Source: Lingula anatina
Lineage: Eukaryota; Animalia; Brachiopoda
Direction: 5' to 3'
Assembly (NCBI GenBank): GCA_051362555.1
Contig: CM120640.1
Span: forward strand, 13,330,001 to 13,394,000
DNA: 64,000 bases
The translations under genes and the position numbers were made by a program. Below the pieces are notes generated by a model. That model saw nothing but the letters and a program-made list of their open reading frames with translations, did not search any database and was not told where the DNA came from. Shown piece by piece: positions 1 through 13,890 of the stretch; positions within the stretch are counted from its first letter, which is position 1, and every line of letters begins with the position of its first letter.

Positions 1-1186
1 TCGGACAACTTTGCTGTACTCGATCGGGTCGCTAATGACGATGCTCTCTACGGTGGCCAATTTTTCTCTATATACGGGTCCGTATTCTTGAGAGCGTGTT
101 TGCTGCACCTTATGATATATGACAATAATGGTACCGGTGTTTTACTACATATGGAATCAGGTTCAAAGCTGTATTTGAATTGGAATAATGATAAAATACT
201 CTGACAGTGTTTTATTTACTAACACAGGGGTGTTTCTAGAATTTTATAAACGAGAGAATATTCTCCCTATCCTAAAAAAGAACTATCAGGCTTTCAATGA
301 GAAGGTGAAGGTGATCGCCCTTCGGGAAAAATGTATTTTTTTATGTAAGAATTCTGCAGGTATGCAATGTTCAGTATTTATTTGCATTACACAACTATAT
401 TAAACACAGACTACAAGGATTTTAAAAAAAACTAAGAACAGAAAGAAGGAAAAAAGGAAAAAGGGGATTTTAAGTAATAAATGCAACATCGTATGGCAAC
501 GTATTGGAGACAAATATTAACTACTAGTAATTTTGACAGCGTTGAAAAACGGTATTTCATGTAACGCTCCAGACACTGAGAGATATCCACCACCGTGCTG
601 TCAGGTCAGAACTTCATATTTTATCCATGCATAATAAACCAATGCAAGCCTACCTTGAATAATCTATTAAGCCCAAATCCATCTTTTTTTATATAATCGA
701 ACAGGGTACCCACTATAGGCAAGCCCTTAGGGCCAGGGATCTCGTGGAAGGGTCTATATTTGACTCGTTCGGAAGGCATATAGGAGTTTTCAGTGGAAGT
801 GTTGGCTCCCGCTGATGGCTGACTTTTGTCAAAGGGACACTGAAATAAAGGGAAATTGTCTATTCAGACCTGTTTATGAAAGAATTTTGTTGCACAATGT
901 ATACCCAGTCAGATTATATACCGGTTAAATTTAAAGTATCAAATACTTAAGTTAAATGAAACCAACTAAAACAGTTGATTTATTCCTAAGTGGTATAACT
1001 TTTTATTGAGAAATTATTAATCCACGTACAGCACTCACTTACTTTGCTAACTGGATCTTGGTGAGATGCATTAAGGTTAGTTGAAGAAGCGTTCTTCACA
1101 GTCTTGTCAAAAGCACCTTTCCTTTTCTTGGAGTAAAGCCATTTTGGCAAATTCCTTGCTAACTGAAATCTTCTAACGGTCGCCAT
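1..1186 (-). CDS. Cytochrome P450, mitochondrial clan (CYP10-like), 5' part; exons 1043-1186, 654-839, 1-108 (continues beyond window start)
   Basis: Spliced translation with GT-AG phase-0 junctions: MATVRRFQLARNLPKW...DPVSK|CPFDKSQ...KYRPFHEIPGPKGLPIVGTLFDYIKKDGFGLNRLFK|VQQTRSQEYGPVYREKLATVESIVISDPIEYSKVVR. It has an Arg/Lys-rich presequence, the P450 proline hinge (PFxEIPGPxGLP) and the YGPxYRE motif. The start could instead be the in-frame ATG at 1243. The CYP10 assignment is from recalled similarity, not a search. Confidence 0.85.
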
Positions 1187-2345
1187 TCCTTTTTGGTGAT
1201 TGTTCGACTTCTGAATTATTCTTAAATATACAATAGCTACCATTTAGGGCGTGCTACGTTTTTCCACCTTTGATAAACAGTATTATTAATTTTTCTCTAC
1301 TGAATTGGGGCAATTAAAAATGGTGCTACACCCGCTTTATAGCAAAAAAGTTGAGTATTGCACATACAGTGAAGGTGGATGCGATTTGTAAATTTTGAAA
1401 CTCTGTGTGACAAATGAGAGCAGAATGTGAGGTTAAATGTACGCATTCCACAGTTTTCAAAATTAATAACTTTATATAAACTTTCAGTGAACCGTTGCTT
1501 TGACTAAAATGTTTTTATCTATGACTTATAACGTTATTCTCCAAACTGTACATCTTGCTAGACATGTACTTACTTGATTTTGTCGCCTGTAAATGAAAGC
1601 CTTCAATATAGCCAGGGTGACCAAACTTATGATGAGCAAGCGTCCGTTACTTTTGACACGTTGAAACATCTATTTAACCGTGGACTGGTCTCATTCCTTT
1701 TATGGAAGGGAAATCTGTTATAATTGGATACATTATCGTACAAACTGAGTGGGAAGCCTGCTATCTACGTCATCTTAAGGCCAGTAGGTGGCTCTCCTGC
1801 AGGGATTTGGTCTGGATATGGATAAGGCGATTAGTCCATTTAAATGTGACAATTCTACCCAATTTTACCGGGCCATTGAGACAATTTCTTGATGTTGCTG
1901 TCAGCCAAGATATACCTATCTTCCCAGAAAATGCGTAAACTGTGGAAATATTTAGCTAAATCAAAATGTAACTTATAGATGAGATGAAGTGCGCTTAGTT
2001 AAGGTTTCTAAAGGCAGCAACGATATTTTGCCATGGAGGTGGCGAAGCAGTATCCTACTTTTTTTAAACCAATGTTTAACGAGACAGCGAAGATGGCAAA
2101 TGCACAAACACTGAACAGATAAGAAACACAACCTTTCACCCAAACAACAGCTGTGACCTGCTTAAGCAGTAAATGTCTTACATTGTTTACAATTCCTTTG
2201 TTTTTTTTAAACACATCAATACCCATAACTGTATCATTTCATATCCCATGTTTCAAGTACGAATCAACTTAACAGTTCATGTAACACTGTCATTAACCTA
2301 TATCAGAAAACTAAGAGCAAACAAACAACGGAAATTTAAGAGGTA

Positions 2346-2348
<3 letters not shown>

Positions 2349-2380
<32 letters not shown>
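2349..2380. repeat. (GA)n microsatellite
   Basis: Direct reading. Confidence 0.95.
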
Positions 2381-2382
<2 letters not shown>

Positions 2383-3871
2383 AAGCGAACGACAAAATAC
2401 ATGCATAAAATCCAATAAGAAATCACGCTTACTTAACCTGTCTTTTTGTTAAACAAAAGTTTAAAATAATTTATGGTGTGAGCAAATTTGCCGAATGGCG
2501 ACAGCTATAGCAACTGCGACGCCATAGACCGACAGAGATTATCAGAATATGTACTTATGTAAAGACCGATGGTGTTTCGCTTCTAATGCTATTAAATTAC
2601 ACAATTACACCCACGACGAGGATACCCTCTACCAGGACGACAGATTGATTTTACACAAGATATTCACAGATATGTCTTTAGATAAATGGATGGTCATTTG
2701 GTTCTCTGGCTTATGGAGAGGCCACATCGAGAGATTTTTTGTCAAAATTACGCGACAACAAAATTAATTTTGCGAAGCAAGAAAATCCTTTTAAGACATG
2801 CATCCTGATAATACATGTTGTACACTCCATGGAAGATGCACCGGTAGTGTATCAAGGAAGAAATCAGTAATACACTTCTCGCTGTTGACATTGGCTCACG
2901 TTAAACCGTCAATAAAATGAATGCAGACAACTGACGATATTACGGGTTGTTTCGGATTGACGTTTCTTTTCATCATTTTTGCATTCATTAAAAAACCCGA
3001 ATTCATTTTTAAGCCTGAAGCATTTTAATCTAACATTCCAATCCTCCAGGTTGTATTGTTACTGCTACAATTACAAAAATCAACAATTGATCGTTTTGCT
3101 GTGGTCACTAAAACATTTTCAAGTTTGTGTATTGAAAAATAAGCAACAGCGCCGTTTAAAATAAAAATATTGCCAGTATGGTTATATTAGTTATTCATGA
3201 CACTAAATGATAGTTGGCACAAAGTTTGAGTTCCTTAAAAATACATATATATTTGTTATTTGTTTACCATGACTTTAAATTATTTTAATTCAGAAATGGT
3301 TCATATACATACAATTCTTCAGCGTCGATGTCATTTGCTCCAGTGCCTCGCCGGCAATTTTAAAACTAATTTTTTTAATAATTTGCTTTCTGTCAACGTC
3401 TCTTTATTCCTAGAGTGGTCGGGATCTACAGTATATGGCAAAACACTGTGTCACTCATAACCTTGTCCTAATCCTTGTATCTTTAAATAGGCTGAATCAA
3501 CACACACACACACACATTACATTGACGATATGTTTTGTTATTTGCATCATTCAGTATTTACACACATGTAATTGCATATATTAAAGTGGATTTTATGCTG
3601 ATAGTTTACTGCAAGAAACGTACGTCTTCACGATACATGTACACATGTATGCACCATACAGTCCAGAAAAAAATTACAAGTTTAGTTGGTACATTAGTTG
3701 ATTTATGAAGAAATATATGGTAATAAGTACTTAAGTTTATATTAAAGGAATCCGGCGACACAAATTGCACAAAATGAGTAAAATATAAAAACTGGCATCA
3801 AGGTTCAGTCGCAGTGAAACTCCATTGAGCCCCTACCAAGCATTATGTTACTTAGCATTGTGTGATGTCTG

Positions 3872-5817
3872 CTATTGGTTGAAAGGAAAACAGCTCTGTA
3901 ATAAAGCGGTTTTTAGTGGCATTCTGTCGTCATAGAGTGTGGGAGCCTGCAGGATTATACCGAGAGTTCCAACCAAGCATGCTGTAGTGAAAATCCACAG
4001 AAAAAGCCGATCCAACACCATGGCTACATACCTCCAATCTTCTTTTACCTGAAATTATCGTAAAGACGTATGATTATAGTAACGCATTTCAAACCGAGCG
4101 TCGTTGACGTAAATGCACTATTTAAATCCATTTACTAAGCAGATGTAATAATATGTGGCTTGCTGGGTTTTAATATCACCGAATAAGACGCTAATTGATG
4201 GCTTAATGCTTCTCCTAATGGTGACGTCCGGATGAGTACAGACCTGGCTGTAATGATTTCATTTCTAATATTGATCTCACCTATCGCAATTAAACTTACC
4301 TCTGACAAAAAGTTATCACCTTTCAAATTTATAAATCATTCACAAAATTAATAACTCTGTGCACAAACAATTTTGTTTTTGCGAATAAAAACATACATTT
4401 TATTATTTTGTAATGCTATAGGCAGAGAAGAGACCTACTCTAAACTAAATAAAAAGAAGATATAAACAATTAATTCCCTTCCTATAGAAAAGCATAGGTT
4501 CAAGTAAAAAATTCATTTAAACAAGCGTAAGATAGAGGTTAAAAATACCAACCAAAAAGAACCGTAAAGCTGAAAGAAACTTGCGGGGAAAAGAAAACAA
4601 GCAAGCGCCATTCTTCATCCAGCTCCAGCCTTTGGGTGACTCACCATGTCTTCAACATCTTCGTTCTTTAGGTGGTCGGAGATAAATGTTACACCTTCCA
4701 ACGCTTTCTGGATGTGGACAGGATATTTTCGTTTCCTCAGTCCGGGGTTCCTTTCCTCCTGCCCAAGGAGCAAGATTTCTTCGTGACCCATATGATTTGC
4801 ATCGCAATTTTGTCGACTGTTTCCGAAAGCGTCTCGCATTTCCATTCCATTGCAAGCCCGCACCATCACCTTTGGCGTCTTTTCCCCTTCCGGCGTGGGT
4901 CGCCGCATCATCAGCAATCTCGGTAGAATCTGGAGGAAAACCTTCTTAACCCAAGGTGACATCACGTGGGTAGATGGACTTCGGAAGTGGACATTCAGCA
5001 CCACGACCGTCACGATAATTGACACAGATACCAGTATCATGGTGAAGAGCAGGTACTTGCCGATGAGGGGAACCACAATTGAAGTCGGCGGAATCAGGTC
5101 GGCCAATAGCAAGAAAAACACAGTGAGTGAAAGCAGAATGGAGATACACAAAGTAATCTTCTCGCCGCTGTCCGATGGGAGGTAGAACGTCAAAACAGTA
5201 AGGAAAGAAATAGCCACACAGGGGATTATCAGATTGACAGTGTAGAAAAGAGTTTTTCTACGCAAGGTTACGTTAAAAATAATAAAAGGATAAGGCTCAG
5301 GACAGCAAGTATAGTATTTTGCTTTGCGTCTGGCAGGAACACTTAGTAAGTCCCACTCGACACTGCGTGAATAGTCCTTCAGGTCAATGCCATAGCCGAT
5401 TTCATAGTCATCATTGTAATCATCTGGCTGGCATATATGCTTTAAATCCACTTGGAAACCATCGTATGTCCATGACCCAAATTGCATAATACAAGTTTGT
5501 TCATCAAAAGGGAAGAATTCCACGTTGATGGGACAGGCACTCTTGTAAATAGCGGGCGGCTCCCATTGCACCTTTCCTGTCGGATGAACGGTTGCTTTCG
5601 TCATTAAGGTGACCTCATAATTGCCATCTGCGCTGAAATTCGCAATGAACAACTGGGCTGATTACTCGTGTATTAACGGGGCGACCACGATCACTCTGTA
5701 TTCAATGCCTTGAAGTTTCGGGATTTGGGTAACATGACAACGGGTCACATGTAACAAAACTAAATAACTACATGTTTGTACACTAACATATGGGTTATAC
5801 ATCTATCTATCTATCTA

Positions 5818-5870
<53 letters not shown>

Positions 5871-8800
5871 TAGCTATGCGTTATGCCCAATAGGCATCAC
5901 ATACAAAGAGGATTGTGCGTTAGAATGACAAAGGAATATAAACTGTAAAGTAGAGAGTTTTGCTTCCAAACTATCTGGATAAACTTAACTCAATTATTCC
6001 AATCCTCTTTATGTGTTCAAAACACTTAAGATTTTCTCTTTCCAGTGCAGTGCAAACAAAACATGTATGCTACGAACAAGGGTAAAAGAAATGGGGAAAC
6101 ATGGCAACGAAGATAAAATTAAATGATGGGATCGTTTTTAATGACATAAATCATGCAACGTATCGGGGGAATGAAGACTGAAAAGTTTTGATTGATATCA
6201 GAGTTAATATATTCGAAAATTAGTATGTTTTACGACATGCATGGTCCATTAAAGCTGGTGCTAATGCTATACATTCAAAATGAAATAGAAATTTAGTTTT
6301 TTAGTGTTGCACCAGCTAGCTGAACTGAGAGATTACGTCATGTATCTCCATTCTGTTTCCTCTCCTTATAAGAAGATATTGATATTGCTGTCTTATGTGG
6401 CTGCATTCCAAGGGACCCGAGAAGACAAATTGCAGCAAAAAAATATTCAGGATGCTTTTGTACTTCTGAAAAATCTAAGAGTCTGAAATCAGAACTGAAA
6501 GCTGCCGTTAATTAGTGTCTATTTTAATGTAAAAATAAATTGTCTTGAGAAGATTTCATGACTAAGTACTAATTTCATGAAATGTATCTGGCATCATTAG
6601 TATATTTTCATATGTGATTTTGTAATGCAAAAATGATATTGCCACTGAGGATGATTTCAAAGGTCGAGCAACAGCTTTATCTTTTGTATTATCAATCCTA
6701 CCGGGGTATGACATATAGAAAATAATCGGCTGATTTTTGTTTCCTGACAAAAGCTAAATCTAGTTGAAGAGGGGAATGTCAGTAGATTGGACAAATACTT
6801 ATCGAAAACTAAAACTTCTGAAATGGCGAGCGATTTATGAAGCGACCTTTTAAAATATACCAGTGAAAGTACTACATTATAGACGTCGTGCGTCTTAGTT
6901 GAGCTGAGCAACGTCACTTACTTATTATACAACACTACATCCGGAAGCCAGATTCTGTCTGCAGGGACGTACAGGATATTCACCCCACCATAATCTTTAG
7001 GGTTCCACCGCAGTTTGTAGTCGTCCCATTCCTATGTGTTTAGAGAAACCAATTTGTAAGCATATCACATGAAATGCACACTTGTAAATTAAATTTTTGA
7101 CACATTATCTTATTCTTAAAGCTAAATGTGTAGATATTACTGGTCGTACGTAACAGCTATATATATATAACGGTTGAAAATTGCAGCTACAATTTATAGT
7201 GCTAAACGTAGATATGCGGAGGGCCTATTCGCTTTTACTCTGATGACATTCAATAGTGTGTTAAACTTTTTCTTTGTACAATTCAGAAAAGTTTAAGCAC
7301 AAGAGTGGGAGTCTTGAAAAGTGCAAGAATCTACCCTAACACAGTCCGTGGGCATGGGTTCAGGTTTCACATAGCTATGGGGAAAACTAATTATTTTTGC
7401 AAATCGAAACCTAACTCCTTGCTATTTTTCTTAGGACATTTTCCAGCCCGTACTTATTGATTTTCGTAATTAAATGATGACAAAATCCATAACAATCATA
7501 AATAAGTTGACGAAAACTCACACTTCAGCATCAAAAGCAAGGGTGTAAGTGTGTAAAAAACATTTGTAAATGTATATTCAAAAAACACATATAATTTATA
7601 TTGCCCTTTGTATGGCACTGGCAACAACGTCTGAAGCATCTGTTTGATCAGCTGGCAAGGTTGCAACAAGGCTCTATGTATACCAGCACAGAGGTTTAGT
7701 GCAACACTTCAAAATGGATTTTATTATAAACAGCAGATATCAAAGGTTTGAGGGCTTTCCGCGAATATGTTATCTATACTTTCATAACACAATGTGGTTT
7801 TAATTGTAGTTTAAGAACATTCTTTTCGGTAGTTTAAGTTTTAAAATAAAAACAAAATCATTTTGTGAGCGCTAGCTTACACTGCCGTAGTAGTCTAAAT
7901 TTACCGAAACATTTCTTTATACATTAGTGAATATATCCAGAAAACTTAATTCCAAACTAAAGTAATTTTTCAGAGCATGATTGACCAAAAAATTGCAATT
8001 TGCAATATATCATCACTTCCATTTTCGACAGGAATAGATTCTGAGAACTTGGGACATGCCAAATGCGCAAATCTCTCCAACAGGAAGGAGTCCGCCGACG
8101 TGCATTGTGTGGCTTGACCAGTGGAAATCGACAGCGAATTGCATTAGTTGTTGAAGCGGTCTCCTTGAAGACCTACTTACATGCATCAGCCACACGTTGG
8201 TAGTCATGATCTGGTTCTTCTCATCCTTAAGAATGAAGAAATCAGTGAGAAATAGGTTGTTGTTCAATTAATATACATGGCATGCAATTTACTTGAGATA
8301 AAACATGAAGAAAAACGCATCGAAAACGCTATCAAAATCCGTTCGATGGAGTGTTTCTAGACAATGATTCGCCCCTGAGCCTTAAAACGTATCATCTAAC
8401 ATGTAAAATGTTACTCGTGTAACCTAAGGAGAATACCAAATCATTGGACTTGATTAGTCTAATTTCGTGTCATATATTCTCCGTGCTCTTGGCTATAGAG
8501 AATTGATTCGAGTTATTGTTTAAAGGAGGCATTTGTGCACGAGCCGTTAATCGCCATTGGGTATATTCTAATTTAGAAATTTTATAAGAACTCAGCTGTA
8601 AGCTTTCTTATGCAATTGGGCAATAATTGGGCAATAATTCACCTAATAATTCACCATGTAACTCTTTCCAGCAGCTATGCCCTCGACTGGCATTTAATTT
8701 CCGTCGCTGATGACAATGTATATGCATTTTCTTTCGTAAGCGGTTTTCCAAAAATGAAATAAATTATTTCTTGAATATTAAACTAGACTGAGTATGAAGG

Positions 8801-11800
8801 GAATACTTACTACATCAATCAGTTGTGTCAACCGGAGTCCCAGTTTTACGGTCAGCTTATCGCTGTTATTCCCCACTGGACGGATAAGCTTATTATAGCC
8901 GCTTTTATACAGCAAGTCGTCATAAAGTCGCTTAGCATCTGCTGTTCCCTCACAAACTTGAAATGTCAAAAAGAAAAAAAAAACATAAAGTGAAGGAACA
9001 GATAGACCTTAACATCATTAGATGCAGACACTGATTTCATCCAGAACTCTATTGAGAATATAGGCTTAAACTAACATCCATCAACCAAAATCTATATAGG
9101 GTAAAAGAGCAATTATATAATGATGCGTGTAATAAATTGCGATTTACAACATTTTGTACATTCATTTCACGACTGTGTGTCCATAAACTGATTCAAACCC
9201 CTTAAGATATATCATATTTCTTTAAAAAAAACAAAATTTTTTCTCAAATATTATACTAATGTATACAATTACAATTTATGTAAAACTGTAGTTTAGAGAG
9301 CTTGTAAAATGTAAATGTACACATTTTAATGCTCAATAAAATTATTATTACTAATAGATAACATGTAATAAATATAAGCTTTTACCGTGAGTGTAGCACA
9401 ACAATGCATATTACAGATTGCTTGTGTATGTATTTTGGAAATAATTTACGTTAAAATGTTTGACCAAGATTAATCACAACAACAACAAAATTGAGATCGC
9501 ACAAGAGACTTGTGACGACGAAGGAATAACAAAGATTTTAGTTCGGAAGTACAGAAATGAAATAAGACAAGAAAAGTGCGCATGTTGAATGCTTGCCATG
9601 GGTTTTAATTCTAAAAAATGCATCGTAAACGCGATTAAAACTTTTTTGTGTAGTGTTTTCCGCCAGCGATTCGTCTATTACTTCTTTAACGTTCATTGAG
9701 ACAATTGCCAGTGGGCAAATCAATAGACATACTTCTCACGAGGCCCTAACTCAATTTTCTAGTTTTCAATCAGTTACAAGTATAATGAGACTAGTCAGTA
9801 GATATTTGAAAGGTGTTTTCGGGGATATCCCACAGCACCGAGAGAATCAATTTTAATGACTAATTATTACAAATGCTTATTATTTGGTAGCAGTGGATGA
9901 AAAAAATGCCACAAGATACGACAGAAATGTAAAATAAAGAAGAACTTCTAATCGATAACTCTGGATATAGATATATAAGATATTTTTCATGCGCATTAGA
10001 ATATAGTTGCTTTTTAAAATGCGTCTTTTTGAATAACATTATTTTTAGAAAGCACTGATCTGGCCTACTTCTTATTTTTTGGTATTCAAATAAAGAAGAC
10101 CGTGTCATAAGCATCCCAAGGTGCAAAGCTTTCTTCATGTTTGACAGTAAATCGAAATCTACCCCGCTTTGCGAAAAAACAAAGCAGCATTTCTTCCACA
10201 TTGATCCCGTCTGTATGTCCTAAATACTGCCAGAAAACACAGATACTAGTTCAATGAATTAAAAGGAACCTTCATCATTGCTTAACTCCATTACAGATAT
10301 ACGGGGGAAATATGTTGTTAATTCCGCGACAAAGCTGTAACGAAGAAAAACATGTACGTGTATTTTGTTTGACTAATCAGAATGACACGATTTCCTTTAA
10401 AATAAGGGCTAAGTTCGTTCGAACAGAAGGAAATTCTGAATCAGAAGAGATGCCAAGTTTATTTAGTTCATGTAGCACATATACCCCAGATTGTGCTACT
10501 GATCACCGGTGTATTATCTTTTAATCGTAGAATTAATGTCACCGATATTTTCATAGGGAAGGAAAAACGGCGCAAATATTGATCCCCCTACCCATAATGG
10601 AATATAAACATGTATCTATAGCTATATGCTCAAATAAATCTCATAAATCAAAAACGCCTGCAGTGCCTGTGCGGAACCCAGAGCTATGTGAATGCATGGA
10701 GGACGTCTCTTATCGGTCATTGTCGGTTTGAAAGATGTTTCAAACAAATTTTCTGCCATGAAGATAATTAATTCCAGGGTGGCCGTATAGTTCACACTTT
10801 GTCGCTGCTGTGTCTTACATCTCAAGCTGTATGTTCTTATTTTTCAATTTTCTCTCCTTAGCTACCATTCTCCTCATTCATCTCTTTTGTGGCCTATCAT
10901 CTTTATAATCTTTTTCATATTTCTAACTATCCTCGCCTCGTTACTGCACGATCAAGCTACCGGGTACTTACCTAAGATCATGGCGGGGTTATGCTGGATC
11001 TGATTATATTTCAATTTTTCAAGTAGTCTACAACTTGAATTATACATGTAGATGGAGCCGTTACCATTTGACATGGTTAGGTCTGGGTCTAATTTGTGCT
11101 AGAATCATTTAGCTCATTGTACTTACTCTACCTCCAGTGATACTGCCGTAGCAAGTGAAAGCTTTATACGTATAATGTACATTATGTACGTTGGTTATAC
11201 ATTTTTGTTGTTTCAATCTCTTTCCCGCGGTTTTGAACTTAGTACGTGTGTTTAGGCCAGGAGGAAATTTTCTAGCTAACCTGTGTATGTCGTTGACTTA
11301 CGTTTTGGTTCTTTTTTATTTTTATTTTATTTTATTTATTAATTTTATTTTAATTATTTTAATTTTTTCTTTGCAAGGTACATGTATTTAATATTTTTTG
11401 TATGATATTCTCAGACGACTTGCTGAAAAGAAACTGTGACTATAGATATTATTGGAGTAAACAATTAAGATATGCGTTCTATACCACATTTTCATGAGCC
11501 AGTGTATGGGTCTGAATATGTTTCATTGATCGCTCTCTTTGTCAAGAGAAAAATATCCTCTTGCTGCTTGTAAACGATAGTACTCCCCTGAGTTCAACGA
11601 AGGCTCTTGTCAGCTGATCTCATTAGACAGACCCAGAGGGAATGCTTGGAAATATACTCCAAACAGAAAAAAGTGTCAGTATATATTGTGCGTCATTTTA
11701 ATTGCTATTTTGCTAACTAGTTGACCTATATAGTTTTACTTAGATTGTACGAATTTTTTAACGCAAAACACGCGGTCTTTTAACAATTATTATTATTATT

Positions 11801-13890
11801 TGAGGGTTTTTTTCAATTATCACGAAAGGCAGCATACAAATGCCACTGTTTCATATGCGTCATTTATTATCTAATTGATTTCCTTTCCGTTTCTTCGAAG
11901 ACAGTATTTATATCGTAGGGATTCTATTTGATTATAAGCAGCTGATTTAATAATAAAAGTAAGTATTCACGTGCACATTGCTGTGGACTCTATGGAATAA
12001 TTAATGGATATAGATTAACATTATTCCTAGATGAATTATAACTCCTTTGGTGACTTTTTCATTGTCGAAATATTAATAATTGGTTAATGATATCCCAACC
12101 CAAGCGAAGATAGGGGAAGACACATACTGCATGAACGACAGAGACACTGTATTATTAATGAAAATAATAATCTTTATTTTAAGAGGGTAAAGCGTGTGAA
12201 GTTTACACTTATCTTCCACATTACCCTCTATTATCTCCGTATAATTTGTAATATCAGATTTGATTGCATCTAGTGCGTGTGATGTGCACATGCAACTTAA
12301 TCAATGAGTTAGTCGCAAACCAATTGTTGTTATCTCACTTCTCATGCCAACTTGCTCTTACTCAAATGCTCAGGCGTCCTCAGAAAATAAGAAAAAAAAA
12401 TCCCCATCAATGTTGTTTTCGACTAAAATGAAATTTAGCCCTCTTTCATGATATTTCCGATGTCTGTAGGAATCCTGAAAACTGAGGGAAATTAATACTT
12501 GTATAGCCATAATTCATGTACTAGTAAAGGTGAAAAAACACATGTAAAGATAAGATATTTATGTCCAAAGGGTGCATCAAGTGTTAAATTGCAATGCGCA
12601 GAGACAACCATCGATTAAGTTCACCTTTTGAGTTCACGATGTTTTACCAATGGGCTCAATAAGTGGACATCTCCATAATCTGGAACCACAATGGTATCTC
12701 TGCGCGATATGTTACTACGCGTTCAGGTCAGACTCTCTTCTCTTCCTCTCTCAAAAACTACTCTTAGCTTTGAATAATGAAAATATTCTACAGAAGAGAA
12801 CTCTGATAAATATTTTCATTTAATTTTTATGAGACAAATAACGAGGTGTAAGCAAAACTCACGACAGTCGCTTATTGCGATTCTCCTCTGCAATGGGAGT
12901 TAATGGAGAACAAACGCATAGTACACTTCAGCTTCAAATAACTTATTTAAAATTCCTTTGAAACATCGTTATATTTTAAAGATTTTCAATCCGTTTTATG
13001 CTTAGAACTATGCCTAAGTAAACTTCTTTTTAAATTTCATCAGACGGTTTTTATCATTTTTCTATGCTTGGCATTACTTTTGACTCCGAAGATGATCTTT
13101 AAATATTGTATTATCACTGTTTTATATTTTTGATGGGGGGGGTGGGGGGGGTGGTGGATTCATTTCGACGTCATTGAAGGTATCTACATACATAAAACTT
13201 GTGGTTAACGAGGTCATGCATGTACGACATTGGGATATAATTTTTAGAGGTTACATGGCATTCAGCCCTGGAACATTTTATGACCAGTGACTACACTTGG
13301 ATATATATGCAATCGTATTAAGCAGTCATCTTAGGATTTCAATACCAGTATACTAGTACTAGTGGTTGGCTGACCCAGTTATGCCATATTTTTTCGGTCA
13401 CCAGAAAATAAGGAGTAAATTACCGCAATATGTTTTGATGCATGTCGCATGTTCTTGTGCACGTTTTGTTATCCCAAATTCTAAATCTACTGAGTAAAAA
13501 CAGTGGAAAATATAGCACTATCTAACTTGATTTTTCCAGCTGATCTATATCAAATACTGCCCATCGGGTCATCGAACACCCTCACCAAATGGTCTCCCCT
13601 GTTTAAACACCCTGGGTACAAGGCAGCTGCCTCATACTGGGATCAATAAGCTGTTATTTGATTCTTTCGCATGGTATAACAAATCAATGACAACTATAAC
13701 AATATTTCTCTCACAATTTGCAGTCTAAAGGACGACAATAGTGTGTGTCAGCAATTGTTCGCAATGAAAAGAGGTTATGGTTATCGATCAAGATCGCGAA
13801 CGCGTTTATTTTCGTAATACCGAGAATATACTTACCTTTAAACGTGAACAACAGGATGACAGACGCTCCGAACACCATTCTGTTCACCAT
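3872..13890 (-). CDS. nAChR alpha subunit (gene A), 6 exons: 13836-13890, 8811-8956, 8181-8225, 6922-7031, 4645-5632, 3872-4048; 506 aa
   Basis: Signal peptide [18 protein letters not shown], then [43 protein letters not shown], Cys-loop [15 protein letters not shown], loop B WTYDG, loop [10 protein letters not shown] (vicinal Cys), TM1-3, cation-type GEK filter and TM4 exon [20 protein letters not shown]. All junctions are GT-AG with matching phases (1,0,0,2,0); the total of 1521 nt is in frame. Exon 1 is the least certain. Confidence 0.93.
5801..5868. repeat. (ATCT)n(AT)n compound microsatellite
   Basis: Direct reading. Confidence 0.95.
6327..6364 (-). promoter_or_regulatory. Intronic element complementary to the TM2 codons of gene A (candidate editing-complementary sequence, ECS)
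   Basis: Plus-strand gagagattacgtcatgtatctccattctg matches exon sense gagaagattactttgtgtatctccattctg (5134-5163), so the two pair in the pre-mRNA. A homologous element is present in gene B. Confidence 0.7.

Noticed and set aside
4672-5185. Plus-strand ORFs overlapping nAChR exons (also at 20276-20758, 34638-35151, 50363-50614, 53710-53901)
   Set aside because: Antisense shadows of the coding exons; their mutual similarity simply follows exon paralogy.
11121-11183. Alternative first exon for gene A ([24 protein letters not shown] donor)
   Set aside because: It ends in phase 2 while exon 2 needs phase 1; 13836-13890 fits both phase and signal-peptide character.
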